Shown: positions 27,660 to 38,173 of the stretch, one piece after another
Layout: every line of letters begins with the position of its first letter
How positions within the stretch are numbered: the stretch's first letter is position 1
IMG/VR virus record: IMGVR_UViG_2799112583_000005
Span: 6,192-70,191 of that record
Reading direction: 5' to 3' (one strand)
From: a virus
Taxonomy: Duplodnaviria; Caudoviricetes
Length of the DNA stretch: 64,000 nucleotides
Translations under genes and position numbers: made by a program
The notes under the pieces: model-generated
Database searches by the model: none
Told to the model about the DNA's origin: nothing
Seen by the model: only the letters and a program-made list of their open reading frames with translations

Positions 27660-27949
27660 AGCACTTTTTACATTACGCGCAAGCCCGGGAATGGCAAGAG
27701 GCTGAGGATAGACTGCGGCACATCTATACGACAGATGCGCTGAAGCTGATTGCCGAGAACACCTCAAAAACTGTCATTCCCGGCGTCGGTGTGGTGGATA
27801 TTGGATCAATCCTCGCAAAACGATGGATCGAGCTGGCGCAGCCGCGAAAAGAGCCGGAGAAGGCGGAGGACACTCGGGATTGCCGAGAAATAGCAGACGA
27901 TATCTGGAAACGGATGAGAGGTGGCAAGCATGGCGTTCAGCGTTTTTGA
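27579..27949 (+). CDS. -1 frameshift extension of the tail chaperone (G-T)
   Basis: ATG-less -1 frame open from about 27502 to TGA 27947-9 (..WLCYGEYRG..DIWKRMRGG..); T-run CTTTTTA at 27579-27585. Confidence 0.6.
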
Positions 27950-30884
27950 TCTATTTGCCAAGTTATCCTTAGATTCAAGTGAATATGAAAGAGGGCTTGC
28001 CGAGGCAAAGGGTAGCGCCACAAGCGCAGGCAGCGGAATTGGAAACGCACTGAAAACAGGCGTTAAAGTGGCCGGCGCCGTGCTTGCGGCCGCTGGTACC
28101 GCTGTCGTCGCTTTTGGTAAAACGTCTGTTAATGCCGGTGTGCAGTTTGACACCGCTATGTCCCAAGTCGCCGCGACCATGGGCAAGACCGTTGAGGAGC
28201 TCGTGCAGAGCACAGGGACTGCCGAGACGTCGTTCGGACACTTTGAAGGCAATCTCCGAGATTTTGCACAATTCCTTGGTGCCAATACAGCCTTTTCAGC
28301 AACGCAAGCCGCCGAGGCTCTAAACTATATGGCCCTCGCCGGGTATGACGTGCAGCAGAGCATGGATATGCTGCCGAATGTGCTCTCCCTTGCCGCTGCC
28401 GGTAACTTTGACCTTGCCAGAGCCTCGGATATGGTGACCGACGCTCAAACAGCGTTTGGCATCAATGCGGGGCGCACAACGCAGATGGTCGATGAGATGG
28501 CGAAAGCGGCATCGACTGGCAATACGTCAGTTGAACAACTCGGTGATGCTTTCCTCGTGGTCGGCGGTCTTGCGCAAGAGCTGAACGGCGGTCTTGTTAC
28601 CTTGGCAAATGGAACCACAACTTCAGTTGATGGACTGCAGGAACTCGAGATTGCATTGACAGCCATGGCAAACGCTGGCGTGAAAGGCAGCGAAGCCGGC
28701 ACGCACATGCGGAACATGCTGCTGAAACTGTCCTCACCGACAAAGGAAGGACGGGAAGCGTTTGAGGCGCTCGGCGTGTCTGTCTTTGATGCCAACGGGG
28801 AAATGAAATCCCTTGAGGAAATCTTCGGGGATTTGAATAGAGCCATGTCCACCCTCACGCAGGAGGAAAAGATACAGGCTATTTCCGACATCTTCAATGT
28901 CCGCGATGTTGCTTCTGCCGAAGCGCTGCTCAATGCGGTGGGCCAGGACTGGAACAAGATCGGCGCAGCAATCCTTGACGCGCAAGGCGCGGCCGCACAG
29001 ATGGCGGCAACACAGCTTGACAACCTTGCCGGCGATATGACCCTGTTTCAGTCAGCGCTTGAAGGAGCAAAGATCGCAATATCCGACAGCCTGACACCTA
29101 CGCTGCGTAACTTTGTTAAGTTTGGCACGTCAGCCGTTTCTGAGCTCGGAACAGCGTTCAAAGAGGACGGGCTACAGGGCGCCTTGAATGCTCTTGGCCC
29201 TGTCATCAATCAGGGCGTCGAGCTTATCTTCTCGGCACTTCCGAATGTCTTGAACGCCGCGACGAGTTTGCTGACTTCTTTTGGCTCTGCCATAATCCAG
29301 AACCTCCCGAAACTTATCCCTGCTGGCATTCAGATCGTTACAACGCTTGTGGCGTCACTCGTTTCCGGCTTCCCAGAATTGCTGTCGTCAGCAACTCAAA
29401 TAATCAAGCAGATCTCGGATGGAATCATGCAGGTTCTTCCGCAGCTCATACCGGCTGCAATTCAGATTATATCCACTCTTGGGCAGGGGATTATGACGAT
29501 GCTCCCGGAACTCGCAACATCAGCGATTGACATGATCTCTACGCTGACCAAAGGGATCCAGGAAAATCTCCCGCAGCTTATCCCGGCAGCAATGAACGCT
29601 ATCATGCAATTCTCAGGTTCGCTGCGCGAGAACTTCGGGAATATTGTGGACGCCGGCTTGCAGCTGATTATGACGTTGGCTGACGCTTTGATTCAGAATT
29701 TGCCGGTCTTCATCGAGACTGTTCCGACCATCGTTTCCAATATTGCCGGACTAATAAACGACAACGCGCCGAAGCTACTTGAAAGCGGCATCCAGCTGAT
29801 CATTCAGCTTGTTGCCGGAATTGTCCAGGCGGTCCCGACGCTTATCGCGGAATTTCCCAAGATCATTCGAGCCATTTTCGACGTGATCACTGCGGTCAAC
29901 TGGATCAATCTCGGCGGAACTATCATCACCGGAATAAAAAACGGCATTTCCGGACTGGCAAAAAGTGTGCCGGAAACGCTTAAAAAAATCGGCGAAGAGG
30001 CACGAGATTGGCTTAAGGCAATCGACTGGAAAACTCTCGGCGCTGACATTATCGACCTGATCAAAATAGGAGTGCAGTCGCTTATCAATGTGATTCCGAA
30101 CCTTCTGAAAAGCATTGGAGCGACAGCAGTGAAACTGTTTAAGGAAATCGATTGGCTCGATCTCGGCATCAATGTTATCAATGGCATTGTCGCGGGGCTG
30201 AACGGCATTTCTAACTTCCTGTGGGAGGCTATCAAGGCAATAGGGCAGGGGATTATAGATGGATTCAAGGGCATCCTTGGAATCCATAGCCCCTCTACCG
30301 TTATGGCAGAACTCGGCAAATATCTAATCCTCGGCTTTATAAACGGCATCAGCGAAAAAGTCGGTGCAATAACTGAGCAGATCAAAAACCTGACCGGATC
30401 GATCAGCAATATTTTCAGCAACCTCGGCAGTAGTGCTGCACAATGGGGCCGCGATCTGATCGGGAATTTTGTCGACGGCCTGAACCAGAAGCTGCAAAAC
30501 CTGAAAGACAAAGCCGTCGGTATCGCACAGCAGATCAAAGATGTTATCGGCTTCTCGGAACCGAAAGAAGGCCCGTTGTCGAATTTCCACACCTATGCGC
30601 CGGATATGATGGAACTGTTTGCAAAGGGCATTCGGGACAATGAGAACCTCATTACGGACGCAATCAGCAGCAGTTTCAACTTGCACGACCAGATCGGCGC
30701 GAGTTTCAACGGCGGGCGCGTGGTCAGCAGTGGAGCGCCGCGCAGCATTTCCGGCAGCAACGGCAACACGACCGTTATTTTGCAGGTTGACCGCACTGAG
30801 CTTGGCCGCGTGGTTTTCCAGCTCAACGATGAGGAGACGCAGCGCGTTGGCGTCCGTCTCGCTACGGGAGGAGCTTACGCATGA
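27930..30884 (+). CDS. Tape measure protein
   Basis: About 985 aa; TP901-like core (FSATQAAEALNYMALAG, QLDNLAGD..LFQSALEG); amphipathic repeats; GIHSPS. Confidence 0.92.
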   Translation: MAFSVFDLFAKLSLDSSEYERGLAEAKGSATSAGSGIGNALKTGVKVAGAVLAAAGTAVVAFGKTSVNAGVQFDTAMSQVAATMGKTVEELVQSTGTAETSFGHFEGNLRDFAQFLGANTAFSATQAAEALNYMALAGYDVQQSMDMLPNVLSLAAAGNFDLARASDMVTDAQTAFGINAGRTTQMVDEMAKAASTGNTSVEQLGDAFLVVGGLAQELNGGLVTLANGTTTSVDGLQELEIALTAMANAGVKGSEAGTHMRNMLLKLSSPTKEGREAFEALGVSVFDANGEMKSLEEIFGDLNRAMSTLTQEEKIQAISDIFNVRDVASAEALLNAVGQDWNKIGAAILDAQGAAAQMAATQLDNLAGDMTLFQSALEGAKIAISDSLTPTLRNFVKFGTSAVSELGTAFKEDGLQGALNALGPVINQGVELIFSALPNVLNAATSLLTSFGSAIIQNLPKLIPAGIQIVTTLVASLVSGFPELLSSATQIIKQISDGIMQVLPQLIPAAIQIISTLGQGIMTMLPELATSAIDMISTLTKGIQENLPQLIPAAMNAIMQFSGSLRENFGNIVDAGLQLIMTLADALIQNLPVFIETVPTIVSNIAGLINDNAPKLLESGIQLIIQLVAGIVQAVPTLIAEFPKIIRAIFDVITAVNWINLGGTIITGIKNGISGLAKSVPETLKKIGEEARDWLKAIDWKTLGADIIDLIKIGVQSLINVIPNLLKSIGATAVKLFKEIDWLDLGINVINGIVAGLNGISNFLWEAIKAIGQGIIDGFKGILGIHSPSTVMAELGKYLILGFINGISEKVGAITEQIKNLTGSISNIFSNLGSSAAQWGRDLIGNFVDGLNQKLQNLKDKAVGIAQQIKDVIGFSEPKEGPLSNFHTYAPDMMELFAKGIRDNENLITDAISSSFNLHDQIGASFNGGRVVSSGAPRSISGSNGNTTVILQVDRTELGRVVFQLNDEETQRVGVRLATGGAYA

Positions 30885-31495
30885 GTTTTTCGATTGATGG
30901 CGCACGCTGGGAATACCCCTGTCAGATCGAGCGCACCGCCAAAGTAACGTCAAGTGGCTTGTCCGGCTTGATGCTGGACAAGTCATATTTTAATGACGTA
31001 CTCGGTACATGGCTGCGTTACAGTCTGACGCTTGCTGTGCCTATCGGCAGCGAGCCGGACTATTACGCGATCTATGACGCGCTGACGGCCCCGGTTGGGG
31101 GGCACACTTTCATACTTCCGTACAACAAAACGGACATTGAATTTTTCGGGCGTGTCGAATCCGTTTCTGATGTCTGGATACAGATGACGGACGGCAACTA
31201 CTGGAAAGGCACTCGGTTCGAGATCATAGCAAGCGAGCCGAGCAAAGAGGCGACGCTTGATGAGGTGGTGACGCGCGGCCATAACCCTGTAGCGCCGCTG
31301 CCGTGGAGCGGTATCGTCAAGCTTTATATCGACGATGACGGCTACCTGCATCAAGTCAAAACCGAGGGGCAAGACCTTGATTTTTACATTGACGATGACG
31401 GTATGCTGCATAAGGTCACGCACGGAACGTACATTGAATACACACCCTACGGCTGGGAGCGCGTGTTGTTCAGCGGCGACGATCTATATTTTTAA
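30881..31495 (+). CDS. Distal tail protein-like
   Basis: Directly after TMP. Confidence 0.6.
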   Translation: MSFSIDGARWEYPCQIERTAKVTSSGLSGLMLDKSYFNDVLGTWLRYSLTLAVPIGSEPDYYAIYDALTAPVGGHTFILPYNKTDIEFFGRVESVSDVWIQMTDGNYWKGTRFEIIASEPSKEATLDEVVTRGHNPVAPLPWSGIVKLYIDDDGYLHQVKTEGQDLDFYIDDDGMLHKVTHGTYIEYTPYGWERVLFSGDDLYF

Positions 31496-31510
31496 GGCCG
31501 GAGGCGCAGT

Positions 31511-32782
31511 ATGAAACTGACTGTTGGTGAAAAAACATACACAAAGCTTCGTGACTTGAAATTTGATCCCGCCGCTGATGTGCGCGGAAGCGAAGTCCCG
31601 ATCAATGAATTTTCTGTCAGTGTCGTAACGGTGGACGATATAGACGCTATGCAGTATGCATGGCTGTATGATGATACAGACAAGCTTTGGGCAAAATACT
31701 GGATTGTTTATGCTGATCGAGCCGACAAGAACACTGTGACCGTCAAGGCTCAGTCCAGCCTGAAGTTGCTGGAGCGCCGGATGCTTGACGCTCACATGTA
31801 CCAAGCGCAGCCCGCCGCTGCTGTGATCGCTGACATTTTCGACGAGCTGGGCGCCGATTCCTATGTGCTGGATTCGTCCTTTGCGTCCGCCACACTAACC
31901 GGCCTCGTGCCTTATCAGAGCTGCAAAACCCGTTTGCAATGGGTTTGTTTTGTGTTGGGCGCTTACATCAAAAGTTTTTTCTCGGAGAAGATCGAGATTC
32001 TACCCGTTCAGCAAACGCCTAAAATTATTCCGATGGAGCGCGTTTATCACAAGCCGAACCTTGTATATGCTGAGTACATCACACGAATCAGTGTGACAGC
32101 CTACAGCTACCAGCAAGGAACACCGGCGACAACAGATACATGGGTGGAGGCTGACGGTAACGTTTATATCCAGACACAGCTCAATCACGGAATCAGAAAT
32201 CCCGATGTGCCGACTGAAGCGCTGACACACGAAACGCACTTCACCGGCATTACGCTTGTCAATGATGACAATGTGGACGAAATACTCGCGCGGCTCGGCC
32301 CGTCGTATTTCCGGCGCGTCTCGGCTGAGTTCCAGGCGATCAACAACGGCGATTATTTGCCGGGAGACCGTGTTATGGTTTTCACCGACCAGTCGCACGT
32401 TGTCGAGGGATTTATTGAACAAATAGACTGCTCTTTCGGCTTGCAGGCTGCATCAAAAATGACCATAACGCCCGCTGTGTCGGTGGAATGCGCCTTGCTT
32501 ACCGTTGTCAGCAAGTACGGCAATATCACGATCTCCCGCGCCGAATATTGGTGGCCGATTGGCTATCCCTATGATATTGAAATCCCGTGGCTTGATGAAA
32601 CGTGGCTCGGAACGCGCTATATTCTGAAGCCCTCACAGGACAGCATAACCGGCACGCTGACAGAAGACGGCGCAACGGTCGAGATCGAATATACCCCGGC
32701 GCTGGAATTCCACGACGGCGATTTACGCATCGTTTTCGTTGACGATTACAGCGTGACAGATGGGACGGTGAAGATTGAATGA
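31511..32782 (+). CDS. Tail tip/hub protein
   Basis: 423 aa following Dit; positional call. Confidence 0.55.
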   Translation: MKLTVGEKTYTKLRDLKFDPAADVRGSEVPINEFSVSVVTVDDIDAMQYAWLYDDTDKLWAKYWIVYADRADKNTVTVKAQSSLKLLERRMLDAHMYQAQPAAAVIADIFDELGADSYVLDSSFASATLTGLVPYQSCKTRLQWVCFVLGAYIKSFFSEKIEILPVQQTPKIIPMERVYHKPNLVYAEYITRISVTAYSYQQGTPATTDTWVEADGNVYIQTQLNHGIRNPDVPTEALTHETHFTGITLVNDDNVDEILARLGPSYFRRVSAEFQAINNGDYLPGDRVMVFTDQSHVVEGFIEQIDCSFGLQAASKMTITPAVSVECALLTVVSKYGNITISRAEYWWPIGYPYDIEIPWLDETWLGTRYILKPSQDSITGTLTEDGATVEIEYTPALEFHDGDLRIVFVDDYSVTDGTVKIE

Positions 32783-33090
32783 TCCATGTTATTGTTACAG
32801 ACACAGATATGACCGCTATTGCTGACAAGATCAGAGAAAAAACACAGCTTGCGCAGAAATTCCGTGTGTCTGACATGGCGGACGCTATCGGCACACTGCA
32901 CGGCTATTACAGCGAGGCAACAGGACAAACCCTGTCACCGGCCGCCGCCGGAACCGGAGCTTTTGCGCTATCTGAACTGGCACAGGCCACCACAGCACAG
33001 CGAGCGATGGATTATCCACACGCCGAACCGCTTACAGCTTTTGCATTATCCGAACTGATCTTTTCCGCCACAGGTGCAAAGACAGAATAA
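32779..33090 (+). CDS. Tail-associated hypothetical protein
   Basis: IADKIREKT..MADAI pattern; overlap-coupled. Confidence 0.5.
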   Translation: MIHVIVTDTDMTAIADKIREKTQLAQKFRVSDMADAIGTLHGYYSEATGQTLSPAAAGTGAFALSELAQATTAQRAMDYPHAEPLTAFALSELIFSATGAKTE

Positions 33091-33102
33091 GGAGGACAGA
33101 CT

Positions 33103-33630
33103 ATGAGAACAAAAAACTTTAAAAACTTTATGGCGATGATTTTTGAGCGCTGCGGCACGGCCAAGGGGCTGCTGCCCGTCAAGGATACGAACGGAACGAC
33201 CTATTATGTCGGCCCGTCCTCTCCGGGGGCGCAGTTCCCTTATTCCGTCACGACTACCCTGCAAACGAGCGTTTCAAGCGCGGGCTTTTGCGTTGGCTCC
33301 GGATCGACAGCACCGACCGAGGATGACTATAACCTTGCCAATCAAATCACGTCCGGTCTGTCTGCATCCATTGTAACAAACGTTTACCTTGACGACGATG
33401 GTAACCCCGCCGTGGACTATGACCTTATGATTACCAACACCGGCTCCGCGCCTGTCACTATTGCCGAGATTGGCTATAAGCAAACCCTTTACACGACCAA
33501 CGCAAATGGCGGAACGTCCTTTGGCGGCCATACGTGTTTACTTGACCGCACTGTACTGTCTGAGCCTGTTACCATCGAGGCGGGCGCTTATGCGGTGATC
33601 CGCTACACAATGAAAACCACGATATCATGA
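33103..33630 (+). CDS. Tail/baseplate structural protein
   Basis: VGSGSTAPTEDDYNL, VTIAEIG, LLDRTVLSEPVTI. Confidence 0.6.
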   Translation: MRTKNFKNFMAMIFERCGTAKGLLPVKDTNGTTYYVGPSSPGAQFPYSVTTTLQTSVSSAGFCVGSGSTAPTEDDYNLANQITSGLSASIVTNVYLDDDGNPAVDYDLMITNTGSAPVTIAEIGYKQTLYTTNANGGTSFGGHTCLLDRTVLSEPVTIEAGAYAVIRYTMKTTIS

Positions 33631-33923
33631 GTAACAATATCATCATGCGCCGGAATAACGGCGCAGAGGCCGCTGTGAACGGTGTAAACCGCTTGCAGGT
33701 CGGCGCCGCATGGCTGCCCGAAGACGAAACCAGCAGGACAGCGGGAGTTACTATTGATACGCTGGGCAGCTACCCCGCCGCCCGTGCCGGGCTGTACGGA
33801 TTTTCTGAAGCCAATGTTGACGTGCAGTTGCCGCAATCTGGCACCACGCGCGCCGGTGTCGGGTTTACAATCTATGTAGACAGCACGGGCAAGCCACATA
33901 TCGCCGTGGAGGGCAAGAAATGA
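33627..33923 (+). CDS. Tail-associated hypothetical protein
   Basis: Overlap-coupled in the tail operon. Confidence 0.5.
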   Translation: MSNNIIMRRNNGAEAAVNGVNRLQVGAAWLPEDETSRTAGVTIDTLGSYPAARAGLYGFSEANVDVQLPQSGTTRAGVGFTIYVDSTGKPHIAVEGKK

Positions 33924-35656
33924 GCCAAAACCTGAAAATCACAGAGGGCGGCGGAGAGCGCAATTTTACTGGCGTCAAGCGCTTAAAGACGGACAAGACG
34001 GACGGCGGCGCTTGCTACTGGGTGCCGGAAGAGGAACGCCGCCTCGAAACGCTCCATGCGTCGAGAAACGGCGTCTATCTTCCGGGCCAAGGCTATTACG
34101 CTTTTGATGAAGTGGACGCCCGGTCTATCAGCGGCATCAAAGCGGGCGGCCATGAATACACTGTGAATCTTGATGACGCTGGCAACCCTCATATCAGCAC
34201 GGGCGGCCTTGACGTCTCTATTGACGAAGCGGGAAACCCGATTGCCACTTATGACGACACGCCAATAGACATAGATGACATATCACAGTATCTTGACCTC
34301 AACAGCGATTTGGACATTTCTTTTGACCTTGACGATTTAAACATATCCGGGCTTGACCTTAGCGGGCTGTCGGCGGATTTATCAATTGATCTTGACGGCC
34401 TAAACATGGAATTGTACGACCTCCCCGATGAAATAAGAATCACCAAAGAGCCGCCATACATCGACGGGAAAACGGTCACTGTAAAAGATTTTGTTGTGCA
34501 AGCCTATCGCGGCGGCAAAGTCTGGGAAGGCGAGAACATTGATTATCCGAACGGCATCATTCCGCCGAACGAGCTGACATTGACATTCACAGAAAAGCGA
34601 GAGAACAAGTTTAACGTTGCTGATTCTGTACTGTGGAGGAAAGAGGAATACACTTTCGACGGCGGAGAGGGAACAATTGGCGATGAATCATACACGGTGA
34701 AATCGTCAATCCCGTTTTTAACTGGCGGGGAAGCAACATTTAAAACGCGCTATAAAGAGCGCTTTGTTGCTCAGGTGCATGGCGAGCTTTATAATACCTA
34801 TGAAAAGGATTATAATTTGGGCGCGAAGATAAACACCGGTTATGGTAAAATAGTGCTTTTAAAGTTCAAGTCTATTACAAATCGAGTTGACAATGGCGTA
34901 AATAACCCCGCGACGGTTACTCGAATTGTGCCATACTTTTTTTACACGTATCTCCCTCCAGATCCCAGCCGCCCGTATTATTACTTCCAGCCCGAAGCGA
35001 TCGTTGATGCGCGTGAATTGGACAACTCCAAGAAATTCGAGGAAAAAATACAAGCAAAAGTTGAATCCAGATTAGGGATACAGTCTGATTATTTGCCGTA
35101 TTGGTACCGGAAACCTGACGGAGCGTATAACATTAACTGGTATACGTACGGTTTTGGAAACCATAACTGGCGTTTTGAGTATGATTCTGCACAAAATTTA
35201 TTCTATGAGCATGATTTTGAAATTTTAGACGGTAAATGCGTCAGAAACCGGTATTGGGTTGAAGACGGCTCTCTCGCGTACACGTACAAGTATGAATGGA
35301 GCACAGAGGAAGGGAATCTCCCGTTCTTTGACGTTGACGAGATACTGAACTATCCGACAGCCGAAGACGAACCGCGGCATTATAACAAGCCCAACTTTTC
35401 AGATGTTCTCGACAGGATCGCCCTATCGCTTTTTTTTACGGACGATGGCGAGCGGCGGGACGACAAAGAATTTGAGCTTTATCACCCGGCTATGGTAACT
35501 ATCGCATGGGATCGACCGCGCGACAATAGAACGTTGAAGGCTGTGAAAGAAGTCTATGTTGAAGAAAACGAAACAAGCGCGCAGTTGGACACCGCCGCTC
35601 ACCCCGGCACAACCGTTAACGAAGAGGGCTTTTCACACCATTCAGGCAAGTTTTAG
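33920..35656 (+). CDS. Large tail/receptor-binding-like protein with AT-rich central domain
   Basis: 578 aa; D/L-rich linker; aromatic-rich centre with visibly lower GC. Confidence 0.5.
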   Translation: MSQNLKITEGGGERNFTGVKRLKTDKTDGGACYWVPEEERRLETLHASRNGVYLPGQGYYAFDEVDARSISGIKAGGHEYTVNLDDAGNPHISTGGLDVSIDEAGNPIATYDDTPIDIDDISQYLDLNSDLDISFDLDDLNISGLDLSGLSADLSIDLDGLNMELYDLPDEIRITKEPPYIDGKTVTVKDFVVQAYRGGKVWEGENIDYPNGIIPPNELTLTFTEKRENKFNVADSVLWRKEEYTFDGGEGTIGDESYTVKSSIPFLTGGEATFKTRYKERFVAQVHGELYNTYEKDYNLGAKINTGYGKIVLLKFKSITNRVDNGVNNPATVTRIVPYFFYTYLPPDPSRPYYYFQPEAIVDARELDNSKKFEEKIQAKVESRLGIQSDYLPYWYRKPDGAYNINWYTYGFGNHNWRFEYDSAQNLFYEHDFEILDGKCVRNRYWVEDGSLAYTYKYEWSTEEGNLPFFDVDEILNYPTAEDEPRHYNKPNFSDVLDRIALSLFFTDDGERRDDKEFELYHPAMVTIAWDRPRDNRTLKAVKEVYVEENETSAQLDTAAHPGTTVNEEGFSHHSGKF

Positions 35657-35666
35657 GAGGCAAAGC

Positions 35667-36653
35667 ATGAACGCACCTCAACATGAAACAATTGATCAGG
35701 TCATCGGTCGCGTCAGAGGGCAGGACGGCGTTTCGCCCTCCATAACAGTCACGGACATTGATGGCGGGCACAGAATCACCATAATCGATGCGGCACATCC
35801 CAGCGGCCAAACAGTCGATGTGATGGATGGCACCGATGGGACAAGCCCAACGATCACAGTGACCGCTATCACCGGAGGTTACCGCATCACGATCACTGAC
35901 GTCCAGCATCCCGAGGGACAATCCGTTGACATTCTGCACGGGGCCAAGGGCGACAAGGGGGATAAAGGAGATACCGGCAACGGCATCGACCATATTGCCC
36001 TGACGAGTAGCGCTGGTGTTGTTGACACCTATACGGTGTACTACACCAACGGCGACACATGGACCTATACAGTGGCAAATTCCTCCGAGTCGAGTGCTGA
36101 TCGAATCATTTACCGAGAAGAAGATCCTCACCCGTCCGGCTATCTCGGCAACGCTGTCAACGATCTGCAGACGGCTCTTGCGCTTATCATCACCTGGATT
36201 ACTCAAACAGAGGCAGACTGGGGCGATAGAATCAGCAGCCTCGAATCTTCGAGGACTACCGACGAGGGAAGAATCTCGACCCTGGAAAGCACGGCAACCA
36301 GCCATGGAACGCGCTTGACCACAGCAGAAGGGAAGATCGTTTCCCTGGAGGGCAGAGCAACCACCGCCGAGGGGAATATCACGAAGCTCATGTCCCGGAC
36401 AGAGATCGAGGCCGGCAGCGTAACACTGACGAACTCGCAGGCTTTCCCATTCAATGACAGTCAGGTGACGGTTCCGCTGGTGACGGAGCGGGCAAGTCAG
36501 AATTACATAGTGGACTATGAGGTGACGGCTGCCGTCGGCAACGTGGGAGACATTATCGTGTCGGCCAAGTTGGTCAATGGCTTCAAGTTGGAGTATACGG
36601 GGTCGGCATCGTCCGTCACTGTGAAATATCAGGTATTTGGAGGTATGGCGTAA
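35667..36653 (+). CDS. Tail fibre shaft protein
   Basis: Duplicated SP.ITVT.I.GG.RITI.D..HP.GQ.VD module, collagen GAKGDKGDKGDTG, 14-residue coiled-coil repeats. Confidence 0.7.
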   Translation: MNAPQHETIDQVIGRVRGQDGVSPSITVTDIDGGHRITIIDAAHPSGQTVDVMDGTDGTSPTITVTAITGGYRITITDVQHPEGQSVDILHGAKGDKGDKGDTGNGIDHIALTSSAGVVDTYTVYYTNGDTWTYTVANSSESSADRIIYREEDPHPSGYLGNAVNDLQTALALIITWITQTEADWGDRISSLESSRTTDEGRISTLESTATSHGTRLTTAEGKIVSLEGRATTAEGNITKLMSRTEIEAGSVTLTNSQAFPFNDSQVTVPLVTERASQNYIVDYEVTAAVGNVGDIIVSAKLVNGFKLEYTGSASSVTVKYQVFGGMA

Positions 36654-37016
36654 ATGATCATCGTGCATAAGAATGAGGGGCCGAAGATCCCCTATAGCGT
36701 CCGGAACAAGAAGATCACCTTTGACGATGACCTGACAATTAACCTGGTCAAGCGCGAGCGGGACGATCCCGTTCATATCGACGTATGCGCGGACAGAGAT
36801 GGGGAGCTGGTGATCGGCGCAGCCGCAGGGCGGCGCTATGTGGCCGAGATCGACATCCCGGCCAGACAGTACGAACAGCCGGAAACCGTAGTGATCGGCG
36901 CGGATGTCGAACTCGGAGATCCTGGAGAGGAAGAGGGCGGGGGAGAGGCCCCTGTCCCTGTGCCCCTGGACATGGACACTGTCACGCTTAGCCTGTGGGC
37001 GATTGAGGAGGAATGA
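36654..37016 (+). CDS. Hypothetical protein upstream of DGR target
   Basis: 120 aa, tightly coupled. Confidence 0.55.
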   Translation: MIIVHKNEGPKIPYSVRNKKITFDDDLTINLVKRERDDPVHIDVCADRDGELVIGAAAGRRYVAEIDIPARQYEQPETVVIGADVELGDPGEEEGGGEAPVPVPLDMDTVTLSLWAIEEE

Positions 37017-37019
37017 TCT

Positions 37020-38102
37020 ATGGCAAACAACAACTTTGACCTGACCAACCTGGCGCTGCAGTGCATTTGCCCCAACAATGAGCTTTTGTATGACGATGTG
37101 GGCAAGCCGTCGGTGATGGTGAAGATTCCCAAGATGACCTATGCTCAGCTCGGCCTCGGAACCTCCACCGAAATCTTCCCGGCATTTAAGGTGGATGATG
37201 TGGAGAAAGACGCGATCTGGATCTCGAAATATCAGAACATCGTGCAGAATAGCAGAGCGTATTCCCTGCCCGCCCGGGATCCGCGCGCCTCGATCACCTT
37301 CGATCAGGCGATATCGGCCTGTACGGCCAAGGGTGCTGGATGGCATCTGATGACCAAAACGGAATGGGCGCTGCTGGCTTGGTGGTGCAAGCAGAACGGA
37401 ACTATGCCCTATGGCAACAACGACTACGGCAAAGATACGCGAGAATCTGTCTACCGGGCCATCCCGTCTATGGCCCGTGACAGCAGCAATCGCATCCAGC
37501 GTGTCGCTACCGGTACCGGCCCTCTGACATGGAGCCATGACCGGACGCCCTCTGGCATCTGGGATTTGAACGGCAATGTGTGGGAATGGACCGGCGGTGT
37601 GCGGATGGTGTACGGCGAGATTCAGCTTCTTGCGAACAACAACGCCGCGAACAAGGATCACTCCCAGGCGGCCAACTCCGCGCTTTGGATGGCGATCAAT
37701 GCAGCCGACGGCAGTCTCATTGCCCCGGACGGCAGAGGCACGACCGAGGGCTCTGTGAAGATGGATTTCGTCAACAGCCACGTCCAGTATTCCACTACGA
37801 TCACCAGCAAGTCCGATAGCGGGCGCGGATGCCCGTGGAATGCTGTGAGCTGCGACAGTACAATCAGCGATGCGGCCAGACTTGTACTGGCTTCGATCGG
37901 GCTCTGCCGTTATGATCTGAGTGTCACTGACTTTGATAGTGATTACTTCTATTTCAACAACGGCGCCGCCGACCGTTGTTGGTTATGCGGCGGCGCCTGG
38001 AACAACGGCACGGACGCCGGTGTGTTCTACTCGTACGGCAACAGCTCCCGCGGCCACTCGAGCGCGTCCATCGGCTTCCGCTCCGCTTATTATGTACCCT
38101 GA
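37020..38102 (+). CDS. DGR target protein (C-type-lectin/FGE-sulfatase fold), probable receptor-binding tip
   Basis: GIWDLNGNVWEW; C-terminal GGAW..G..AGVF......R......IGFRSA containing the VR. Confidence 0.9.
   Translation: MANNNFDLTNLALQCICPNNELLYDDVGKPSVMVKIPKMTYAQLGLGTSTEIFPAFKVDDVEKDAIWISKYQNIVQNSRAYSLPARDPRASITFDQAISACTAKGAGWHLMTKTEWALLAWWCKQNGTMPYGNNDYGKDTRESVYRAIPSMARDSSNRIQRVATGTGPLTWSHDRTPSGIWDLNGNVWEWTGGVRMVYGEIQLLANNNAANKDHSQAANSALWMAINAADGSLIAPDGRGTTEGSVKMDFVNSHVQYSTTITSKSDSGRGCPWNAVSCDSTISDAARLVLASIGLCRYDLSVTDFDSDYFYFNNGAADRCWLCGGAWNNGTDAGVFYSYGNSSRGHSSASIGFRSAYYVP
37969..38087 (+). repeat. DGR variable repeat (VR)
   Basis: 119-bp copy of TR with 12 substitutions, all opposite TR adenines. 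Confidence 0.95.
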
Positions 38103-38126
38103 GTACTGACCCACTGTGTGCTGTTT

Positions 38127-38173
38127 TGCTCCGCGGTAGCGGAGCATCGCGATTTCTTCGCCCGAAGGGCGAA
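38127..38173 (+). promoter_or_regulatory. Hairpins downstream of VR (DGR target-recognition element candidates)
   Basis: TGCTCCGC-GGTA-GCGGAGCA and TTCGCCC-GAA-GGGCGAA. Confidence 0.65.

Noticed and set aside
35616-37781. Long antisense ORFs (e.g. 721 aa here, 589 aa at 53077-54846, 513 aa at 5440-6981)
   Set aside because: Shadows of real genes on the opposite strand, expected in GC-rich DNA; no recognisable motifs.
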